NCBI GenBank assembly: GCA_045401115.1
Contig: CP174359.1
Location: forward strand, 122,288 to 186,287
Length of the DNA: 64,000 nucleotides
Source of the DNA: Candidatus Phycocordibacter aenigmaticus
GTDB lineage: Bacteria > Patescibacteriota > Minisyncoccia > Phycocordibacterales > Phycocordibacteraceae
Reading direction: 5' to 3'
Of this stretch, positions 57,227 to 64,000 are shown one piece after another; position 1 is the stretch's first letter; each line of letters starts with the position of its first letter. Made by a program: the position numbers and the translations under genes. The notes beneath the pieces are model-generated. The model was given only the letters and a program-made list of their open reading frames with translations. It made no database searches and had not been told where the DNA came from.

Positions 57227-58483
57227 CTATATCCCTTCCCCATTCTCAAGGTCACTCTCGGTTTTTGTGTCATCAGTCGGCTCGTATAATCTGAGGGACC
57301 ACAAAGTTAAATCGTTTTTATTAAGAAACGTTACATAATTTCCATCGTAACTTACCTGCGGACGCCAAACATCAATTTGGGCGTCAACTTCGTCTGACGG
57401 TAGGGCAAGCAACATGCTGACACCATCTGAGATAGTAAATAGCCATAGGTCATCTTCAAAAACCGTTTGTCCTAAAAGCCAATGAACCGTCGCATTGCTA
57501 GAGAGTGTTTCTCGAGGAACTCCACAGGCGAGGTGTTCCTCGTTAGGAGTAAATGCGCATTTTGATGCAATAGTATTAAGCGGTGTTAGGAAGATTTGTT
57601 CTTCTTGGGTGTCGTACACTGAAAGAGACGTGTCGCGTTCTCCGCCACTCATTACTATATATCGTCCACTCGGACTTACCTGTGCTGTTAAGCTTTCTAC
57701 TCCACCGACAATATGAGTGAGATTGCTGTTAGTAATTTGGTACACTGCACCCGCAATTCCTGAGGCAGGGGCGGTGTGTACATACAAAGCGGCATCACTT
57801 TGTAGTGGTATCCATGAACGAATACGAGAAGAAAAGATAGTGCGTTCATTTTCTCCATTCACGTCAGAAAGTGTTATAACACTTCCATCTTCTGTTTCGT
57901 ATACTGCGAGTAGATTTTCTCCTGCTTGATCTATACTTGCGCGTTGCCACTGTGACATAAATGAACCACCGAAAGCGTTTTCCTCGTTCTCTTCGGAGTT
58001 AATAGTAGTGTAGAAGTTTTCTGTATCACCGTCTTCGTTAAAATAACGAATAATAAAATTATTTTCATCTATCCAAGTTACATCATGTATCTCAGGCACA
58101 GTCGTATTTGAGATACGTGTCGCAGTGCGACCTTCAGCAGGCACATCGTATATGTGCCCGGTAGCACGGTCAATATATCGAATAATAGGTTCTTCTTCTG
58201 CATTCTCATATATAAATGCACCCACTGTCGGTTGGTTGCTCACTTGACGAAGCTGTGGCACAGGTCGTGTGTCTTCTGTTTTTGGTACATCTGCACCACC
58301 ACCTGTACCTCCTGAGGGGGTAGTATCTCCTGAGCCAAATGGAAAGAGGCCGCTAAAGAAACCTCCTGAATCTTCCCCGTTTGAATCGAAGGTATTTCTT
58401 GATGAATCTAAATAAAACGCGATAAACGCAGCACCTAACACGAGAACGAGCGCTATAAAAAATAAAATAATAGTCCGTCGCAT
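57227..58483 (-). CDS. Membrane-anchored secreted protein with a predicted beta-propeller-like ectodomain
   Basis: 418 aa; N-terminal TM IILFFIALVLVLGAAFIAFYL, then G/S-rich linker. Confidence 0.45.
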   Translation of the reverse strand: MRRTIILFFIALVLVLGAAFIAFYLDSSRNTFDSNGEDSGGFFSGLFPFGSGDTTPSGGTGGGADVPKTEDTRPVPQLRQVSNQPTVGAFIYENAEEEPIIRYIDRATGHIYDVPAEGRTATRISNTTVPEIHDVTWIDENNFIIRYFNEDGDTENFYTTINSEENEENAFGGSFMSQWQRASIDQAGENLLAVYETEDGSVITLSDVNGENERTIFSSRIRSWIPLQSDAALYVHTAPASGIAGAVYQITNSNLTHIVGGVESLTAQVSPSGRYIVMSGGERDTSLSVYDTQEEQIFLTPLNTIASKCAFTPNEEHLACGVPRETLSSNATVHWLLGQTVFEDDLWLFTISDGVSMLLALPSDEVDAQIDVWRPQVSYDGNYVTFLNKNDLTLWSLRLYEPTDDTKTESDLENGEGI

Positions 58484-58552
58484 ACGTATAGATATTGTAC
58501 CAGGTTTATCCCCTCTCGTTGTTAATACAAACGGAGTTTTGTATTAAATCAA

Positions 58553-59122
58553 CTACTCAATTGGTTCGCGGTACGGGTCAACGGTTTTGTACTGCGTTTT
58601 AGGTTGTGGTGATCCATCTTCTTCACTGAATGCATCCACTTCTACCTCTTCTAGTTTTTCGCGTCGTGAAGTGCCGAGGGTTGGTTCTGTGAAAGTAGAT
58701 ATTTTTTCATCGGCAACTTTCGGCTGTGCTGGTGTATTGTCTTGAGACGGTTCAAGAGGTTGTGCCGGCACTGGCTTTTCTTGTTTTTTCTCTTCAAGTT
58801 GTTTCCTCTTTTCATCAAGATACACCCGGAACGGCTTAAACAGCATGTTATTAACATCATTCAATACCACACTGTAGAGAGCGCTATTTTGCTCAAGTGC
58901 TTCTTGAAGCATCTCTGAAAATCGTGCGGTGGGTACTAGACCTAAGAACACTGCTTCGACAGCGTTGGCAATATTCCCTAGCTCATCAAAATGGAGATTG
59001 TGTTTTGTGCGGAATGCACTAAATGCGTCAATATACTCCTCCGAGTTCATGTACTGCTGAACTAGGGGCGATGTTTTCGAATACGCTTCTTTTATTTGTT
59101 GTGCCGTGGGAATAAGTGCCAT
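58553..59122 (-). CDS. Hypothetical protein
   Basis: 189-aa ORF within the T4SS-like cluster. Confidence 0.4.
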   Translation of the reverse strand: MALIPTAQQIKEAYSKTSPLVQQYMNSEEYIDAFSAFRTKHNLHFDELGNIANAVEAVFLGLVPTARFSEMLQEALEQNSALYSVVLNDVNNMLFKPFRVYLDEKRKQLEEKKQEKPVPAQPLEPSQDNTPAQPKVADEKISTFTEPTLGTSRREKLEEVEVDAFSEEDGSPQPKTQYKTVDPYREPIE

Positions 59123-59139
59123 AGTGCTATATGTTTGTA

Positions 59140-61491
59140 TTAATTTTCATCATCTGGTCCTCGGTCAATGTTTTCCTGGTTTGGTGGTGTATTTGGTGGC
59201 TGAGGTGACGGTTGAGGATCTGTGCGGGTAGTACCCATATCCGCGAGTTCTTCTTGAGCTACAGGTGCTTTGCGTCCACGCTCCACAGCTTGTGTAGATT
59301 CGTTATATTTCTTCACGACCTTAGTTTGAGCGCGCATACTGATATTTTGCATCTGCGCTTCAGAAATTTCTCCCTCGCGTGGTTCTTTTCCTGGTTCAGC
59401 TTGGCGACGGTTTATTGCAGAAAATTCTTCTACATTAAGTAGTTGCGCCATTTCAGGTTGTTCAAGCACCTCAGGTGGGAGCGCTGCAACTTGACTGGTA
59501 CCATCTGGACCATTGGTACGCAGTTTATCTACCAACATCTTTGCAGAACGTCTATCCTGGGCAAGAGCCATAAGATCTCTTTTTTCTTCTGCTCGTTCAG
59601 CTAGTTTTTCTTGTGTAAATTCAACACGATCACGTTGCTTCTCAGTTAACCGACCACGTACCGCTTCTTGGGTCAGTCCTTCAATTGCGGTGACCACTTT
59701 CTGTAGCTGTTGCGTTTGTGTAGCATCAAGTTGTTGTGAATCTTCTGTTGGTGTACCCGAAGCTCCGGTTTTCGTTGGTGGTCTTTGGTTTTGAGTATCT
59801 ACGCGGCGCTTTGCACGCTCAACCTCAGATGGATTTTTAGAAGCACCAACCACTTGTGCAAGCGCTTTACGCTTACCTGTTTTTGTAACTTCTGCTTTTT
59901 TCTCTTCCTGAGTAAGCTCTTCATTTTTACGTTCTTTTTCTCGTTGATCTTCAGAAAGGTTTGAAAAGGCATCAACAGCATGATTATAGGCTGCTTGTTT
60001 TTCTTCTTCAGGAGCGTCATCTTGGCTGAGTACCGCTGCATATTTTGTTCGAGCCTGATCCCACTCATCTTTTTTAGCTTTTTCGTACTCTTTGTCTTGA
60101 CGTCCAGTGCGTGAGAAGGACACTGGGCCCAATTCATCACGAAGTGGTTTAAGGGTAAGCGCGTCCCCAAGGTTTCTTTTCCCTCCGGTAAGCGCCAGAG
60201 GAGTACCCCCCACCCATTTAGCTGCTCCTCCAAGAGTTTTTCCGACTGCCTGAGCAGCGGTTGGTATCACTTTTTTATATGCGCCATAGAACTGACCAGT
60301 GGTTGGTGGTGTGAACTCTTCTTGTCGTGCAATTCCCATTGAAATTTTCATAGCAAAATAAAGAAGGCCAAAACCAAGCGCGTATATTACTACCAGATCA
60401 AGCGCAGCTGACCATCGAGTGCCGCCAGCTGCTGAAATAAATGTTGGATTTGCAATTAGGTCTACCAATGTTCCGTCTCCAAGGGCTACCGCTGAAGCAT
60501 TTTCCAGTACTTTAAGTGCAGCTGCGGCAAACAAGAGAAATACCACAGGGAATACTGCTTGACTGTACAGCGCTGACCACCACGCCTTCCCAAACTTTTG
60601 TATACCAGGAATATCAATGAACGCGAGTATCCCTATAGGAGATGTCATAAGGAGAATTACTATCACAATAAAGCGCTGTATAAAAAGCGCTGCCATTGAA
60701 AAAAATATAAAAAATGTTGCTCCCATGAACACCACTCCGATAAGTCCCATCATGAAAAGCATAGCCCCATCCATTTTACTTAAGTCTTCATCAAGTTCGT
60801 AGATTGATGCAAGTTTTGTGGCATTCATAAATCGCGTCGTTATTGCGCGACCTCCTTGGAGAGCACTTGTGACTTCGTTATCGCCAACACGCTCTTCTGA
60901 GTCAATATCGATAACCAAGGCTTCTTGGTAAATCATACGTGACGTAAAATGTGAGGCGTCTAGTATGGCGCCGGTAAAGAAATAGCTAAAATTCACCAAA
61001 AGAGCAGCAATAATAATAGTCACAATTATCCGCCCTACTTTTTGTGCAGAGCCAAGAATGATATTAATTGATGCCCAAATTAACCCACCAATAAAAACGA
61101 GATTCACAAGATCGCGCAGCACAATCCAAATTGCGCTTATAGAAGATCCAATACCTCCACCTACCGCAAGTCTTTCCGAAGCTTGTATAAGCCATCGGGT
61201 AATTGTCCAATCAAAAAATCCCGCACCAATGCCAAGAAAAACACCGCCCATTTGAAGCATCATGCCGGCGATTCCGGCACTATTGTTACATTGCCCTCCT
61301 CCAACAAGCGGTATATTTCCAACCGCACACGTGAGAAGTGCGGTGAGTATAATTAATATAAAAATACCCACCGTTCCAGCGGCGATGAGCAACAAAATAA
61401 TTGATTTACCTCCTCCTTTTATTGCACCCCACATATTGTTATTGTGACACAGTTTCTTCCTCTTCGGGATCGCAATAGGTTGCTGGGTCAC
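59140..61491 (-). CDS. VirB6/TrbL-like polytopic membrane protein with a long charged coiled-coil C-terminal region
   Basis: 783 aa; ≥8 TM helices in the N-terminal 420 aa, then a K/E/Q-rich tail. Confidence 0.55.
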   Translation of the reverse strand: MTQQPIAIPKRKKLCHNNNMWGAIKGGGKSIILLLIAAGTVGIFILIILTALLTCAVGNIPLVGGGQCNNSAGIAGMMLQMGGVFLGIGAGFFDWTITRWLIQASERLAVGGGIGSSISAIWIVLRDLVNLVFIGGLIWASINIILGSAQKVGRIIVTIIIAALLVNFSYFFTGAILDASHFTSRMIYQEALVIDIDSEERVGDNEVTSALQGGRAITTRFMNATKLASIYELDEDLSKMDGAMLFMMGLIGVVFMGATFFIFFSMAALFIQRFIVIVILLMTSPIGILAFIDIPGIQKFGKAWWSALYSQAVFPVVFLLFAAAALKVLENASAVALGDGTLVDLIANPTFISAAGGTRWSAALDLVVIYALGFGLLYFAMKISMGIARQEEFTPPTTGQFYGAYKKVIPTAAQAVGKTLGGAAKWVGGTPLALTGGKRNLGDALTLKPLRDELGPVSFSRTGRQDKEYEKAKKDEWDQARTKYAAVLSQDDAPEEEKQAAYNHAVDAFSNLSEDQREKERKNEELTQEEKKAEVTKTGKRKALAQVVGASKNPSEVERAKRRVDTQNQRPPTKTGASGTPTEDSQQLDATQTQQLQKVVTAIEGLTQEAVRGRLTEKQRDRVEFTQEKLAERAEEKRDLMALAQDRRSAKMLVDKLRTNGPDGTSQVAALPPEVLEQPEMAQLLNVEEFSAINRRQAEPGKEPREGEISEAQMQNISMRAQTKVVKKYNESTQAVERGRKAPVAQEELADMGTTRTDPQPSPQPPNTPPNQENIDRGPDDEN

Positions 61492-62908
61492 TTATGATGG
61501 TGAGGAGTGTGTCATATTCCTCATCTACTACCGCAATGTCAGTGTCCGTATGAGTAATCCCGGTATCAATAAGTGCACTGAAGTTCGTGGATATGTTACT
61601 TGCTTCATCTATGGTGCGTGCCTGTTCTATTTCGCTACGCAATAGTTGTAAGTCTCTCGTGTTTGATGAAGCGACTGCAAGATTACTTTCGTAATACGGA
61701 ATAAGTCCATCAGCGTTTTCAATGCCGCGACGGGTATTTTGTACGCGGTACGTTTCGTAGTAACAAGTTCGCACTTCTTCATCGGCCTCTTCAAGTGCAG
61801 TAATAATGTTATTCACCGCATTTCGGTACCGCTCTTCAGTAGAAAGACTGTCACGTGCTTGGATACGTGCACTTTCCCGGATACGTTCAGTAAGAGCGTT
61901 ATCAGATTCATTAGTGAGCGCCTCAACATACGAGCCTTGAATCAGACGGTTTTCATTATCAACATATGTACGCGCCGATGAACCCGAACGACTTGAAAGG
62001 CCACGCAACCCACTAAGGCTAGTAAGTGCTTCTTGAGCGAGTTGTGCGATCAGTGCATTAACGATTTCATTAATCTCATCGGCAAGTTCAAGTGATTCGA
62101 AACCTGACCCAAGCACTTCCCCTAGCTGTTGGTTGATCTGTGTACCAGGTGTGACAATTTCATGTACCAAACATTCAGGCTCCTCACCTTCTTTAACAGG
62201 CTCCTCACTATATTTTATACATTCGCGTTTTGAGAAAAACCCTTCACCGAAATTAAGGTAGGCAAGTTCTTCATCTTGTCGCGCATTAATCCGTGCTTCG
62301 AGTTCTCCTAGAGATTGTCCATATGCACCATATGGGTTGTTTTGGCTTTCTGCATGAAGCCGAAACCATGTTTCCCAGCCGCCTTGACTAAAATCATTGA
62401 AAAACCCGTCGATATTATCGGCAACATCACCAAGCGAGCAGCGAATACGCTCACGGAACGGTTGCCGTTGTAACGCAAGACTAAGACGAATTTCTAATTC
62501 AAATGGACTACAAATAAACCCAAGGTCGGTGCCTTCAATGAAATCAAGCGCTGTGTGATCAGCCACCTCCCCTAAGAATTGATTTAGGTTACTTACAAAC
62601 GATGGTCCCCCTTCAAACCCACTATTTATCCAGTCGATAATACTCTGCGTCATCGCTGCGATCATCGCTTCCTTTAAGGCAAACGTCACTGCGTCTAGGA
62701 CTGTCTCCTTTGTGGTTAGTGTGGCAGTGACTCCAGCGGTAGTAGCGCTTGATGCTGCAGTTGCTGCTATGAATCCAGCAGAAGGCCCCACTAATACTAC
62801 TGGTAACGCGGCAGCATGTGACGTATTAATCGGTAAAACGAATGATGAAAAAGATGTCGCCAGAAGAAGGGCTACGGCTACGATTTTTTTTGAAAAAGAT
62901 GACTTCAT
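61439..62908 (-). CDS. Secreted hypothetical protein (489 aa), possible pilus/adhesin-associated component
   Basis: Signal peptide MKSSFSKKIVAVALLLATSFSSFVLP; A/T/S-rich then acidic regions. Confidence 0.45.
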   Translation of the reverse strand: MKSSFSKKIVAVALLLATSFSSFVLPINTSHAAALPVVLVGPSAGFIAATAASSATTAGVTATLTTKETVLDAVTFALKEAMIAAMTQSIIDWINSGFEGGPSFVSNLNQFLGEVADHTALDFIEGTDLGFICSPFELEIRLSLALQRQPFRERIRCSLGDVADNIDGFFNDFSQGGWETWFRLHAESQNNPYGAYGQSLGELEARINARQDEELAYLNFGEGFFSKRECIKYSEEPVKEGEEPECLVHEIVTPGTQINQQLGEVLGSGFESLELADEINEIVNALIAQLAQEALTSLSGLRGLSSRSGSSARTYVDNENRLIQGSYVEALTNESDNALTERIRESARIQARDSLSTEERYRNAVNNIITALEEADEEVRTCYYETYRVQNTRRGIENADGLIPYYESNLAVASSNTRDLQLLRSEIEQARTIDEASNISTNFSALIDTGITHTDTDIAVVDEEYDTLLTIISDPATYCDPEEEETVSQ

Positions 62909-63840
62909 GATGATGTGGTTATAGTAGTAAATATTTGGTGTGCTTCAGCAAAACGATCTTCGGCAGCAATAAATGCATCAAGTGCAAGTAGTGTTCGGTA
63001 CGGATCTTCGTAGTGCGTGCTCATAAGCGTAATTGCATATGTAGCGGCGCTAATGGAATTAATCATTTCAAGATGAGTTCCAGAGACTGTAGTAGGAGTA
63101 GGAATTGCGAGGAGATCATTAATAATCTCAGCATAGAGCGCAATATTGGTTGTAAACTGTCGAAGGTGTATTAAGTCGCCTGTGTCGAGTAGTTTATAAA
63201 GGGTCACTGTTTCATGTTCAGGCACCGCCTCTGCTTTAGTTAATACTTTTTGTACTTCACTCGCGTATGTTGCTATTGCATCGCCGCTTTCATTATTATT
63301 CACCTGTATATCCTCAAAAGTATATTGCGGCGGTTCGATGTCCAACACATTTCGCTCTACAACTGATTCAATAGCTGTCTGCAACTCTGCTTCGCTTAGT
63401 TCCCCGTTTTCTTTAAAAGAAAGGTACGCGGCAAAAAGTTCTTTCCCGAGTGCTTCAATTGGTTCGGTCCCCTCTGGCGCAACATATGGCTTTTCACTTA
63501 TTGGTTCAGTGCCATGTACGGCCGGGTCAGAACCCTGCGCTACTTCGTCTCCATCCGAGACACCATCCCCGTCCGAGTCAACATTGTTAGGGTCGGTGCC
63601 GAGAAGCACCTCTTTCCAGTTAGGGATACCGTCTCCGTCTGAGTCTGCGCGCGCGGTGATGCTGGTACCTTGTTGGTTGATCGTTAATACTTCGTTGTTT
63701 TCATTCTGCCTTATCTCATCCGTGGCTTGAGGAGCGGCAGTAAAAAAGGCAAGCGCTATCACGCCAATGGCAACTACACCAAACAGCACGAGCATTCCGA
63801 AATTCTTCCGGTTTTTCATAGTACCAGTATACCTGCACAC
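62905..63840 (-). CDS. Membrane-anchored protein with thrombospondin-type-3-like Ca-binding repeats
   Basis: 311 aa; TM MLVLFGVVAIGVIALAFF; DSDGDGIPN ... DSDGDGVSDGDE repeats. Confidence 0.45.
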   Translation of the reverse strand: MCRYTGTMKNRKNFGMLVLFGVVAIGVIALAFFTAAPQATDEIRQNENNEVLTINQQGTSITARADSDGDGIPNWKEVLLGTDPNNVDSDGDGVSDGDEVAQGSDPAVHGTEPISEKPYVAPEGTEPIEALGKELFAAYLSFKENGELSEAELQTAIESVVERNVLDIEPPQYTFEDIQVNNNESGDAIATYASEVQKVLTKAEAVPEHETVTLYKLLDTGDLIHLRQFTTNIALYAEIINDLLAIPTPTTVSGTHLEMINSISAATYAITLMSTHYEDPYRTLLALDAFIAAEDRFAEAHQIFTTITTSS

Positions 63841-64000
63841 GCTTTTTTGTGCTGCAGGTTATTGACGGTAGTATGTGGGTAATAAAACGTTAGTCGTTTT
63901 TAATTATTTCTGCTATAGCAATCCATGTAGTAAGCGGCACATCTTCAGCACGTACGTTTACATCCAAGTTGAGCTGTGCCCATATATCTTCAAGTGTGGC

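Noticed and set aside
1-64000. Scanned for CRISPR arrays, rRNA genes, transposases and integrases.
   Set aside because: No regularly spaced short direct repeats, no rRNA-like segments, and no ORF with transposase or integrase motifs were found. The tRNA-linked islets appear to be degraded remnants.

Overview
This 64-kb window reads like a small-genome, CPR/Patescibacteria-like bacterial chromosome segment spanning the replication origin, with genes densely packed and mostly on the minus strand. Housekeeping genes: ileS (N-terminal part, carrying an inserted histidine-phosphatase-like domain), argS, a thymidylate-metabolism cluster (glyA, tmk, thyA, dCMP deaminase, folA plus two MazG-like NTP pyrophosphatases, with a third paralog and tdk elsewhere), secE-nusG-rplK, rplS, rluA-family, uppS, acyP, rpsT, ruvA/ruvB/ruvC/ruvX, a Mur ligase, polA, tsaE, tyrS, PBP1A, and dciA-dnaN-dnaA | oriC | rpmH-rnpA-yidC-jag. 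Type IV pilus genes are pilM/N/O and pilB. Seven tRNA genes (His, Leu, Val, Arg-TCT, Arg-GCG, Ser, Lys) are each surrounded by partial copies of their own ends and by a shared mosaic repeat family. Two low-GC islets abut tRNAs: 24.0-25.7 kb (two orphan genes, att-like tRNA-Ser repeats) and 42.6-43.8 kb (HTH regulator with palindromic operator plus a hyper-acidic 64-aa protein). The last ~12 kb (52.2-63.8 kb), right beside oriC, is a type-IV-secretion-like cluster: VirB4 split by one in-frame TAA, a PrgI/VirB3-like gene, a VirB6-like polytopic protein and several secreted proteins. dnaA and capA show apparent frameshifts at homopolymer runs, which cautions that some indels may be sequencing errors. 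No CRISPR array, rRNA or transposase was seen. All calls are from reading the sequence and motif recognition only; no searches were run.
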